Shown here piece by piece: positions 23,420-35,800 of a stretch of DNA of 64,000 nt. This stretch comes from Macrostomum hystrix (taxonomy: Eukaryota; Animalia; Platyhelminthes). The stretch spans positions 2,604,001 through 2,668,000 of the forward strand of contig CATNEN010000002.1 of assembly GCA_950097015.1 (NCBI GenBank), in the 5' to 3' direction. Within the stretch, counting starts at the first letter, position 1. Every line of letters starts with the position of its first letter. Both the position numbers and the translations under genes were made by a program. A model generated the notes under the pieces. The model saw nothing but the letters and a program-made list of their open reading frames with translations, made no database searches and was not told where the DNA came from.

Positions 23420-23680
23420 AGACGGGACAGCATAGTTATCGACGGGACAGATAAATTATCGACGGGACAACATAAGTTATCGACGGGACAGATAAATTAC
23501 CGACGGGACAGATGAATTACCGACGGGACAACATAAATTATCGACGGGACAACATAAATTATCGACGGGACAACATAAATTATCGACGGGACAACATATA
23601 TTATCGACAGGACAGATATATTATCGACGGGACAGATATATTATCGACGGGACATAAATTATCGACGGGAAAGCATAAAT
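23420..23680 (+). repeat. 20/21-bp minisatellite (ACATAAATTATCGACGGGACA)n
   Basis: Period 21 (CGACG at 23521 and 23542); reverse complement of the surrounding repeat family. Confidence 0.9.
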
Positions 23681-23719
23681 GATGTTACCCAACTCTGCAA
23701 CTCAACCTCGTGATCTTAA

Positions 23720-23915
23720 GCACTGTCATCCCTGATCCCAAACACTGTGATCCCTGATCCCAAACAATGCCATCCCTGATCCCAAACAATGTCATCCCTG
23801 ATCCTAAACACTGTCATCCCTGATCCTAAACACTGTCATCCCTGATCCTAAACACTGTCATCCCTGATCCTAAACACTGTCATCCCTGATCCTAAACACT
23901 GTCATCCCTGATCAC
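23720..23915 (+). repeat. 22-bp minisatellite (CACTGTCATCCCTGATCCTAAA)n
   Basis: Period 22, ~9 units; duplicate at ~48080-48270. Confidence 0.9.
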
Positions 23916-26900
23916 TGATCAATGCTGTCCGGTCAGTAATTTATGCTACACCCTAAATTATTCATGTTATCCTTTTTAAAATCTTTCTACTGCATTGAAA
24001 AAGCATGCTACCGTCTGAATATATCATGCTACCCTCTCAAAAAACCAAGCGACCACAACGATAAATAATGCAACCCCTTTGATAATACATTCTAACCCTT
24101 ACAATTAACTGCGATAATTTTAAGGCGAGTTGATAAATCATGCTACTCGATTGATAATTTATTATTCCCCCTTTGTTTAACTTTTTTATCAATTTGTAGT
24201 TCTTGCTTTCTGACGAAAATATTTCGTCTGTTTAGTATAAAAAACACGTGCCGCTAAAATTAAAATATATTCTTTTTTAACTGCGAGAAAAGTAGTAATC
24301 AAGCAAACAGTTAATCTTGCTTTAAAGGTAGCTAATCAAAAGTGCTTACTATTTTTCTTGAACCCAATTGAAGCCTGATAAATTAAATACAAATCAACAG
24401 TTACTTGCGCTTTTAACTTTCGGTGATAGAAGATAAGAAGAAAAAGGCAGTAACAAAAATAACACTGAAATGTGACCTGCATTCTGCAAAAAATAAATGT
24501 ACTTTACTACGGAGCTAGATAAAAAGAAAGCGGCAAAAGGATCGAAGTCTTAACACTCGTTTACAAGTCTTTTCAAGGTTTGACAATATTTAGGCTGCAG
24601 TTTTAAGCGATAGAAAGGAAGAGGAGAGGTCGCGCTAGCATTGTGCATAATAGAAGTCTAAACCTTGAAATCTACTAAGTTTTACTTATTCTAATGAAAT
24701 CACTCAATCCGCTAAGAGACCAATATCACTATCGTCATATATAATCGCAGTGACGAACTCCTATTCGATTGTCGGTATCAGGCCGACCCTCTGTTCTGCT
24801 AATACACTCGCGGGCGAGAAAAAGCAGCGACGCTATCCCATTCAATTGAGTATCGGCCCTCGGCGATTCAAAAGATAAAAATAAGGAAAAATTAAAGCAA
24901 AAATGATTGCTTTTCGAATATTTAATGCCTTTAGAATTAATGAAGTGCCTAGAAAATTAACGTGTACCATCTCGTTAAGAGGGCGAATCATTATTCTTTC
25001 TTCAGAGAAAGATTCGCGAAAATCAGACAATGCGTTTGCCAGATCAACGACAAGACCACTTTTTTACTTTGAGTGAATTGACACAGATGGACAATTTTCA
25101 CTTTTAGTATATAAGACTAGCAAACTGAGCCCCTTGGAGAGAAGAAGTTCATGCTTTAAAGCCATGAGAAGAAGAATAATTTTAAATATGCAACTTCACT
25201 ACTCTGATTAACTTTACTTGATATCTTTTCGATAAATCATGCTACCCTTTGATATATCATGTTATCCCTTGACAATGCTGCTACCCGATCAAAAAAATCT
25301 TGCTACCCCTAGCCCTTTATGCGAATATCACAATGAATCATGCCGCTCTCAACATTTGATGAAGTTCCGTCACTAATAAATGCTGTCCTCGATAAATTAT
25401 GCTACCCGTGATACATTTATGCTACACAATTAATTAATCATGCTTACCCTTGTAAAATCTCGCTACCGTCTCATGTACCGTCTCAAATCTCAATTTGTCA
25501 TGCTACCCCTCGATAAATAATTGAGACCTCTTCGATAATACATTCTAACCGATTTCGATAAATAATGATACCCTTCGATAATTCACGCTTTTCATCAATA
25601 ATTCATTCTTTCCCCTTATTAAATCTTGCTTTCCGCTCAATAGTTTATGATTATCACTCGATAGTATTGATTTTCCTAAATTATTCGTGCTCCCTATCGA
25701 TAACTCATGCTTTCCCTTCGACAATGCATGCTTGCCCTTCACTAATTCATGTTTTCCGTTCGATAATTCCTGCTTTCCGTTCGATAATTTCTGCTTTCAA
25801 TTTGATAATTAATGATTTCTATTTGATAAAACTCATGCTTCCCTCGATAATTCATGTTTTCCTTCATTTAATTTATGATTCCCATTCGATAATTTAGATT
25901 TCCCTAAATCCGTTATCTATAATTAATGCTTTACCCTCGATAACTCGTGCTTACCCTCGAAAACTTATTCTTCCCCTCGATATTTCCCACTTTTCTTTTC
26001 CAAAATTCATGCTTCCCTTGGATATATCATGCTTTTTATCGATTATTATGCTACCCGCTCAATAATTTATGTTTTTCTTAAAAAAATCTGGCTTTTTCGT
26101 CGATAATATATGCTTTCCATCGATAAGTCGTGCTTCTCCTCGATAATTCATTCTCCATTTCCGATAAATGCTACCCCACTCGAAAATTCAGGCTTCCCCT
26201 CGATAACTCATGCTCTTTCCTCAATAATTCACTTCACCCCTCGATACTTTTTGCATTTCCCTAGATGTGTCAGGCTTTTCCCTCCAGAAATTTATGCTTA
26301 CCCTTCGATAATTCGTGCTTTCCCTCGATATCTTATTCTTCTCCTCAATATTTCACGCTTTGCCTTTCGATAATCGATGCTTCCCCACTCGATAATTCAT
26401 GCTTTTCCATGATAGTTCAGGCTTCCACCTTGATGATTCATGCTCCTTCCTCGATAATTCATGCTTACACCTCGATATGTCGTGCTTTTTTCATCGATAA
26501 TTAATGCTGCCCTATCGATAATTTACGATTTTCTAAAAAATCATGCCATTTTTTCGATAGTACTTGCTTTACCTCGATAATTTATTTTTTCTTTCAATAA
26601 TTTATTCTTACCTCGATGCTTCTTCCTCGATTACACAGTTTACCTCCTCGATATGTCATGGCATTCCCTCGATAATTCCCGCTTTACCCTCAATAAACCA
26701 TTCTTTTCCCTCGATAATCCAGGCTTCAACCTTGAAATTTCGTGCTTGCTGTTTCCTCGATAACTTTTGCTGTCCGGGAAATACGAGTAATTCATGCTGC
26801 ACCCTTTAATTGATAATGCTATGCCTCATAAAATCATTAAAAATGCTACTGTCTAAAAATTTACGTTACTTCGATAAGTTATTCTTTTCCTTGGTATTTA

Positions 26901-27020
26901 ATGCTATTTCGTCAATAATTCGTGCTTTCATTCGATAATTTTGATTTCACTGGATAATTCAGGCTTCACACTCGGTAATTCACGCTTTTACACGATAGCT
27001 TATTCTTTCCTCAGTCTTAA

Positions 27021-28275
27021 TATAGCATTTTGCAGGCTAGTAGAGAAAACAGGCAAGCAATTAAATAACAAGGACCACTAGAAGAAGAGTGGTCCTTGTC
27101 TTCTTCTTCTTCTATCTTCTATCTTCTATCTTCTTCTAGTGGTCCTTGTTAAATAATCGATGACAAAGTCAGTGGAATTTTTTACACTCTATGGTCAAGG
27201 CCATGTGCATTCCTGCAACCAAATAAATAATGTGAGCATGCAATTCATCAGAGTCATCAGTTCTTGTGTTTCTTCAGCTCGAAATGGACGCAATCGACAT
27301 CGAGGAAGATGACATTTTTGAGGAGGATGGAGACAGCTTTGTCACAGCGGAGGACGCAGTTCAGGCGGCGGCAGCACGTGGTCCGTACTCCAAGATAAGC
27401 AACGAAAAATATGAACTGATTTCAGTGCGCTTGAGCGAGGGGACAGTGCTGTGCAGATTTCGAAGTCTTTTAATGTAAAGGTACCAACTGTGTATACTAT
27501 CCAACAGCGCTACGAGCTGACGGGACGTCGTGATCGACTCCATCGAGGAGGCGATCGAACGTCGAAGCTTGGAAACCAGCACGTGCAACTGCTTCTAGAT
27601 TCACTGGATGCCAATCCATTATTGACACTTAAAGAGTTGCGTTGCAAACTGGAGCATTCGTTCGACGGTCTTCGCGTAAGCGAAGCAACACTTAGCCGAT
27701 CTCTAGAAATACACCTGATCACGCTGAAATGCTTAGGCAGAGATGCTGCCGTACTCACCATTTTTGAATCCGACTGAGAGTGCGCACTCCTGCCTGAAGG
27801 CGACAATAAAACGTCAGTTGTCTTTGCCCCAAGTTCAGCTCGAACTTGACAATCCACCACCACAGACAACACTATGCGAGTGGCGAATTCTTGTTCTTCA
27901 GAGAATCGCAGAGGAAGCAACTTCCGAAATCACACCGGTCAAATGTGGAGGATGGTTTCGGAATGCACTCCGCTTCATCCCTAGATGTGTCGCGGGAGAA
28001 GACATCGTTTAATTTCTGCCATATATCGGACAGCTTCACTGAAGGAAATCTTTTTCGAGTTTCATTTTGTACTTTTCCCTGGGTTTTGCGTACTAGTTTT
28101 TCATATGTTTCGTCATATTAATATTTAGCAACATAAAAAAGGAAAACTTGCAAATTTAGCGCGCAATTAGAGACAATTTCATTTCAGTTTTTTAGCATTT
28201 CCGAACATTAAAACGCTGAAACATTGATTATTTAATTGCTTGCTTGTTTTCTCTACTAGCCTGCAAAATGCTATA
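27021..28275 (+). mobile_element. IS630/Tc1-like DNA transposon (family A), internally deleted
   Basis: ~50-bp TIRs TAGCATTTTGCAGGCTAGTAGAGAAAACA(G/A)GCAAGCAATTAAATAA with TA target duplication; HTH remnants (VPTVYTIQQRY, PLLTLKEL, VSEATLSRSL) joined directly to LPYSPFLNPTE, so most of the DDE core is missing. Confidence 0.9.
27068..27149. mobile_element. 82-bp mini fold-back element nested in the left TIR of the Tc1-like element
   Basis: Perfect 21-bp TIR ACAAGGACCACTAGAAGAAGA, flanked by a TAAATA direct repeat; removing it restores a match to the right TIR. Confidence 0.75.
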
Positions 28276-28608
28276 GTACTCGCGCCCTTGGCCATAGACT
28301 AGAGATTTACCTTTTCCCATGAGTCCGCCTTATATACGCTGTCCCTCGTTCGAAACGAACCTTCTCTTTTCAAGAAATATAACAGCCAACTCATCAAGAT
28401 TAAAACTCAACCGTATTTTCATTGCAAGTGCAATCCCCAAGCTTGGGCGTCACAGCACTTTTCATTGGATATCTCATGCATTGCTCTGGATGTAACACGC
28501 TATCTCTCTCGGCATTCAGGCTTTCCCTCGATATTTTAATGTCCTTCCTCGATAATGCATAGTACCCTCTCGATAATTCCTGCTTCATTGGATATATCAT
28601 GCATTCCC

Positions 28609-29110
28609 CTAGATGCATGATATATCCAGTTGTCGTTTCGTTGTAATTCTCACGCTGCTACCCGATTCGTCAATGGTGACTGACAGGACGTCTTCCTTCA
28701 CCCGCCAATTGACACCTAGAGCCTTGCTAGTCTGTAGCCTCGCCTGTATGTAGAACCCCGATTGCGAGGCTCGCTCGGACGCCGGAATCTTGGCTAGCAC
28801 TTCTGCTGAGTTCGATTTCCACTTGCGGGCTCGCATTCCAGCTCTTCTCTACTACTCGGACAGCTGCTCAAACAGTTGAATCGCTCTGCGTTCTTCTGCC
28901 GACTCCAACGTTCTGGGAGCTTTCTCCGGCTCCTCTTTGATCTCGCAGAATTTCTTTAGCATCTCCGCCACGTCTTCCTCGTGCGCGAAGCTGAAGAATT
29001 CTTGCTGACCCTCAACCATGCTGTTCGCCGGCGCGAAATCCATCCGTACAACGCAGGTCCAGCCGATTGGTGTTAATCTTGCGATCGGTTCGCCTGGCAA
29101 TCCGCGAAGC
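28609..29110 (-). mobile_element. BEL/Pao LTR-retrotransposon pol remnant with internal deletions
   Basis: GEPIARLTPIGW, LKKFCEIKE (LEKFWE-like), SNSAEVLAKIP, KALGVNW, TTKRQL motifs typical of BEL/Pao. Confidence 0.75.
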
Positions 29111-29184
29111 CTTCTGAACAGGCGGTGTTAGCTGGTGTTGGTGTTGTTGGCTAGTGGTGGTGGATTTAATAGAATAAACGTGAA

Positions 29185-29460
29185 GCTGTGAACAGGTGAA
29201 CAGATACAAGCTGTGAACAGGTGAACACATACAAGCTGTGTACAGGTGAACACATACAAGCTGTGTACAGGTGAACACATACAAGCTGTGTACAGGTGAA
29301 CACATACAAGCTGTGAACAGGTGAACAGTACAAGCTGTGAACAGGTGAACACATACAAGCTATGAACGGGTGAACAGATACAAGCTGTGAACAGGTGAAC
29401 ACATACAAGCTGTGAACAGGTGAACAGATTCAAGCTGTGAACAGGTGAATAGCCTGCTGA
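29185..29460 (+). repeat. 25-bp minisatellite (CAAGCTGTGAACAGGTGAACACATA)n
   Basis: Period 25, ~11 units; duplicate at ~54157-54432; source of the CSPVHSLYVFT ORFs. Confidence 0.9.
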
Positions 29461-29875
29461 AGTGGACATTGGTAATGGGCGAGGCTGCACAATTCTGAAT
29501 TTAGTCAGCAATTTTTGTCATTTTTCCTTGATCATAGTCCTGGCGAGGTTCTTGTCCAGGATGTCTGTCGCAGGACCAAGAAAATATCTAGCATCAATAT
29601 GCAGCCGCGAATGTCAGTTGAAACCAAATACGAATAGCGGTAGCAACAAGTTAGATTTACTCATAAACATTCTCAAAAGCATTTATTGATTGCTGCAAGA
29701 ACTTTGTTGGCAACTTAAAACGCAGTTGTTTCGCTTAATTCATATTGTTTTAGATTGAGATAATATATTTCATAATCAAAAATTACCAGACAATTAAATT
29801 TCAAATCGAGTACATTATGTAAAGGTATATTTCGTGCCACTTCGGTTTTCGTGTGTACTTTTCTTTATCAGCCAA

Positions 29876-32800
29876 TCAGAGTGGACTGTTAAGAATAACT
29901 CCGAATAACGATCTCTCGGCGTCCCAGGTGCTCTTAAATTCCGCCTTGCCGAGAGAGTTCTCAGCGGAGCACACGTAGGTGCCATACGCGTTGTCGCGGC
30001 CGATGTTCTCTGCAGTTGTGAAGGTGTCAAGCGATGAAAATTTGGGAGTCAAAATGCAGTGTGTCACTTCAGCCAACACCTTCTGACTAGTTTTCTCTAG
30101 AATATTCTGTCTTAGACGGTTCTATTTCTTCGCGGAAATTCCATGGACTGCCCATACAATTTTTAGCACACGGGAAACCCACTTTACGGATGCTTTTCAA
30201 ACAATGGGAAAACAGGAATCATTTTCTCTATTTGTCCCTATTTGTTAATGCGCATTAGATCATTCGGTGGAAATGGTGAAATTATATTTTAGAAAATTAT
30301 GATACACTTTTTTCTTTTGATAATTTCAACAGCCTCACAAGCTATATTTTGGCTTCCATCCATAGGAAGCCAAAATCAATATTAATCCCTCCATATTGAT
30401 AAATATTTTATTAAGGCTATTAAGGCCTTATCCTCTTAACTCCATGGACTGAGGGGGACGCCACACCACCCTCAATTGCCCCACCTAATGCTGGTACAAT
30501 TAAAACAAATGGATGAAGCGAAGCAATTTAAAGATAAGTGTATTGCTTATCTTTATAAGTTGTTCTCTCTTTAGAGTCTCTATCCCTGGGCAGGAATCGA
30601 ACTTCCGACCTTCAAGTCGAGAGCTTCACGCTCTAATCACGAAGCTTCAACCACACGCGCTGATTGGTTGAACCAATCAATCTAGATAAAACGAGTAACA
30701 AGTTCACAAACCTATCTACCAGCTATGTTACTTCCTTATCGCTCCTTTCCGATTGAGCAAGCGAGTTGATGTCCTTTCCTTACCTTTTGGTAGTCTGAAA
30801 TGGAAGGGGTGTTAGAATAGCCTTTAGAATATGTTTGTGTACTTCAATTCATTAAACCACAATGCTTCTAAATCTAAACACTCACTTGTAAACTAGCTGC
30901 GACCCGTATCTGCAGGAGTCATTTTGGTCGAAAAAGGTCTTCTCATACTGCCTGATCCACCTTGGGGTCTCCAGTTGAACATTGTCCGCGTCGCGCTTGG
31001 TAATATCCAGATCCGGGTACGGGTAGCCGGTAAAGAGGCATTCAAAAAAAATGTCGCCTTCTTCCGTCTTCGTGATGTAAAAAAAGCCGTAAGTCCCTTG
31101 CCTCAACTCGCCTTCGCCAGGTCGGGCTAAGGGGTCGAGGTTAAACGTACTTTAGTACGACTAACGCACTTAGGGATGTCAACTTAAGACTCCAGAATGG
31201 AGACCTATGGTCAATCATCGAACCAAATCAACTGAAATCAGCAGCTGGTCGATCAAGTTGACCCAGGGTACCCTGAAATAAAGCGAACCCTAATACTGAG
31301 CGAAACCCATTTCCCTGACTCCTGAGCACACAGTACACAGATAAAGTACACAGACCCTGATTTCAGGTAAAGTACTATCTTACTGCACCTTTAAGCTGGC
31401 CCTAAAGCGTGCCAATTGTACAGCAAAACCCTTAAACCTTCTCGCTGCGGCTGCGCCCCAAGTTAGTGTGGGCATGCCGCGAGTTCGGTCAGGAATCTTG
31501 GTGCTCTGAGAAACTGAGACTGCTCTGCCACTCACCCCCTACTAACAAACATTGTCCAAGCTACTCCGTTGGAAAATGTGACAGGAACGGAATCTTCGAC
31601 AGCGGCCTTGAAAGCGTCCCTCATGATGCAATCTTGAAGCTTACTACCCTATAACTGAACCTAATCCGAATTAGCTTTTACAACTTCCAGCAGAATCATG
31701 TTGCGCGAAAAGTTCTTACTTTGCATGAAAGCCTTGATGGGCACCGACTGAATATACAGATCTTCAACGCCCGATAAGTTGATGAATGACCTGACGGCCA
31801 CGCACATGAAAATGCCCGAATTGTTCACGGAGCCAGTCTGCAGCGTCAGGGTCGCTTTGCCGCCCTCCAAACGCTTTTTCATGCCGGAAACCTCGGTGGC
31901 AGTGCCGGCTTCCCTCTCATCGTAGAGGCACTTGAAGTTCTTGCACTTTTGTGGGTGTGCGTGTGATAGGATGCTTGCAAAAATATTCCAAATAGAATGG
32001 CTATTAACAGGGCTTTCCAGTGTAACCTACCTTGACCCAGTCCAGGTAGCGATATGTTTCTGAATTTCTATCCACTTCTGCGTCGTAGTTCTGCAGAGTG
32101 CAGGTCAGCTCAATCGGTGGTCCATCGCGGCGCAAATCGACGATGTCCGGATTTCGAATGATCAGCGAAGAGTCATTCATTGTGACGACGATGTTGGGCC
32201 TCTCGGGAATCGCTGGAGAAAACGATGGTGTGCGAACATTATCTTAGTGGAAGGCTGGTGGGACTCCTTCTAAACCGGCCGATCTCTATCTGTACGGACT
32301 CACAGACTGGTTCTCTGACTCACTGCTTTGGTCTCTTCACTCACAAAGATTTAGTAGGCCTGTGCTTAGAGATTCAGGCACTAATCTGGGGGTCGGGAGT
32401 TTGCCAAACCTCAGCCAAGAAAAATTAATCTGTATTCTCGATTCGCAGCCAACGGAGAGACAATTCAGCACATTTCGCTGACTTCAGAACATGCACAGGT
32501 ACATGGATACTGTATACAGGCACAAAGTCACAGGTGATTGTATCTGTTTTGAATTTTCTTCAGGCAGTGTACACTCTCAATGTACCTTGGGGTTCGGCTC
32601 TCAAAGGCATAAATGGCACGACAAGCCCCGAAGCCTCGGAATCGAGCTCAGGGACATTGGTGCAGGATGGAAACTTATAACAAGTTTCTAGACCTATGTA
32701 CAAGACCTATCAACGATAGGAACGGCGATTCTGGTGGCCGACAATGACAAAGGACGTGGAGGACTTCGTAGCAACGTGCGACAAGTGTCAGAGGACGGCT

Positions 32801-35800
32801 CGAATCCCGATCAGCCACCTGGTGCAGCTTGTGCTAGTGCCTCGAGTGGAGGAGGCCTTCACTAAAGTTATCATCGACCTAAGCGAGCCCTATCCAAGGA
32901 CGGCGAGCGGTCACCAGTACATCCTGTCGGTTATCGACGCGGTTTCCAGAAGGATTCCCTCTGCGTAAGATCGACGCGGAGTCGCGGGAACGAGAGCTAA
33001 AGCGCTTAGATCAGGTGCTGCTGCTGTTGCCATCGACAGCCAAGAAGCTCCCCGCTAAATGGCGCGGCCCCTATGAAGTACTGGAGAGGTGCAGCGAGGT
33101 GAACTAACGAATTCGGATTGGCTCGGCAACCAACATGTTCCACATCTGCTCAAGAAATACAACGCGCGAGAGTCGATTCTGATGCGGCTGTCAGCGGCAA
33201 CGACGGGTGCTCCTGCGCTGTCCGACCGTCTGAGCCCGGACGAGAGGGACCGTCTCCAGCAGCTGGTGCTGGACTTCGCGAACGTCTTCAGTGAGATGCG
33301 GTGAAGCACCGAATCTGGACGACATCTGACCGCGTTGTGCGCATCCAGCCTCTGCGGGAGCTGCAGGCGCATCGATCAACAGGTGCTCCAACAGGAGTTC
33401 CAAAGCATGCTGGACCTCGAGTGATCGAACCGTCGGATAGTGACTACTGTTCTTCTGTCTAGTGGCCAAGAAGGACGGCTCCGTCCGATTCACTGTCAAC
33501 TTCAAGGTGCTGAATAAGCTGGTGGCTTTCGATTCCTACCCAATGAAGAACATCGAGGATCTGCTGGAGCGAGTCGCCAAGGCCAAGTTCATGTCTAAGC
33601 AAGGGCTACTGGCAGATTCCTCTGTCCGAGAACTCAAAGCGGCTGACGGCATTCGCGGCCGGTGGCAGGCTCTACCAATTCACCGTATACCCGTGTGTTT
33701 AAACGACAGAAGTGCAACGCACCAGAGGGCTGGTCCAAACTGTTCCAAGGGCTGGGCAACGCAGACTCATACCTCGACGACATTGCCGTGTTCAGCGATC
33801 TTTGAACAGCACGTCCACGACCTGAGGGAGGTGTTAGGCCGTTTCCAGGCTGCCTTTCTGACGGTGCAGCCACGCAAATGCTACCTGGGCGGCAACTCGG
33901 GGGACTACCTCGGCTTCAAGCTCGGCGGAGGCCAGATCGGCACGAGCGAGGATCGAGTGCGGACTGCACAGGCTCGACCCCTGACTAAGGCCCAGCTGCG
34001 ATCAGTGCTCGGAGTGCTCAACCAATACCATCGGTTCGTGCCCGGCTACTCCGACAAGGTGGCAGCCCTGACGGACCTCACGAAGATGTCGGCGCCTGAG
34101 GACCTAAGAGCGGCCTGGGGAGAACAACAGACTCGAGCCTTCGAGAAAGTGAAGTCTCTGCTGGCGAGCGAGCCGGTACTACGCGCGCCGGATTGCAGTC
34201 GGCCATTCATTCTGGAGACGGACAGCTCGGAGACCGGCATCAGCGCGGTGCTAACGCAAGAGTTCCAGGACGGCAATCATCCTGTGCTATTCGTGTCACG
34301 GCGTACCTGCAGATGGACCACACAAACCTGCGGCTCCAACGGTGGACCTTCTATCTGTCTGGCTACGACTACGAGATCCGGTACTAGCCAGGCAAAAGCA
34401 ATACGGTGGCCTACGGTCTCAGCCTCATCTGGACTGATTGATTGACCAAATGATTTACTGACTGACTCAGGATTGAGTGACTGTCCACGTGATTTATTGT
34501 ACCAGACGGCTCAGTAACTGACTTTGCATTGCTGCTTGTTTAGTCGATTTTGCAGGACTGTGGGATCGATTGATTTGTAGTGTCTTAGTTTGACCGATTT
34601 TGCGTTGCCGATTTGAACTCAAGTTTTACTGGTTCCTGCGATTCAATTCTGACTTGAATTATGGTCCGGATTCCTACTTGCGGTGCAGAAATTAACGTCA
34701 ACTTTTTTGTACATGCCCGTGGAGTCGTTGCTATAAATAGATGTGTGGTGTGCTCAGAGGCGGTTTGGGCCTCCCTGGCTCAACTTGGAACCTGTGAATC
34801 ATGTGTCGATCATTCTTACTGGGATTAAAGAATGCAACAAAGTGAAAACGTCATTATTTGATATTACTGCTCGAAGTAAAAACTACGTAAACAAACTTAC
34901 AATCCGTCGACTCGGAGCTCATGTTGATCGACCTGGTTTCGTGCGCAACGTCGTTTTTCGCATTGCAAGTGAAGGGCACTTGGTGTACCTGCTTGTCCAT
35001 AATAAACGTAATGTTCGCGTAGCTTCGGTTTCCGATCTGACCCTCGTCAGCCAACTGTTAAAATAAATTCGGAATGTGTGAAGCTAGTCAAAAAGCTACA
35101 TTGAATTTTGAGGCTTTCGCAGTGCACCACACTGACAGGGACAAATGTGGAACAGTAATACAACCTGGAGGGAGTTTGCCTGTGCAAGCATCCGTGTCGA
35201 CTGATGCACAGTCTGTCTGTCTACTGCCCGTGGGGGGTTAGAGGCAGAGCGGTAGCGGTCTAACGCATTTGCCACTCGCACCAAGGTCCCTGAGCTCGAT
35301 TCCGCAGCGAGGCCACATTCATTTGGGGCGCAGCCGCAGAGGATGCCCTTGAGGGCCAGCCTCCGAGGCACAGTGAGAGTATACACTGCCTGACGATAAG
35401 AAATTCAAGGCGATGTACACACCTGTGTGCATGGCGTGTGCATGCGCTCTCTGTGTCTGTGTGCTTGTGTGCTCAGGAGTCAGCGGAACGGGCAGAATTG
35501 CCTCCTCGCTTGCTGCAGGAATAGTGTGATTAAATTATATGCTATTGTTTGCAGCCCTCCTGCAATTAATATAATAATAATAATAATTATTATTATTGTT
35601 GTTGCTTTTATGATTAATTGTGCATCCTAAACGCATTTTTTACTGGCGGTGAGTCGAATGTCATCAATTTTGTACAAAATAATTTCAATACTTCAAGATC
35701 CAGAACACTTACAACCACGCCAGGAACGCTTGTGGCATTCTTCCCCAGAACATCCCACCAGACCTTGGCTGGCGGCACAGCGTTTTCATCGTAGCAATAC

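Larger units (their letters stand above)
22030..27000. repeat. Interrupted, degenerate ~21-23-bp repeat domain (core TCGATAATTCATGCTACCC)
   Basis: Forward patches at 22030-22200, 23050-23230, 23930-24160 and 25230-27000; reverse-orientation patch at 23280-23680; duplicated at ~46070-51350. Confidence 0.75.

Noticed and set aside
25545-26809. Ser/Ile-rich ORFs (and duplicates at 49897-51161)
   Set aside because: Low-complexity readings of the degenerate TCGATAATTCATGCT repeat domain.
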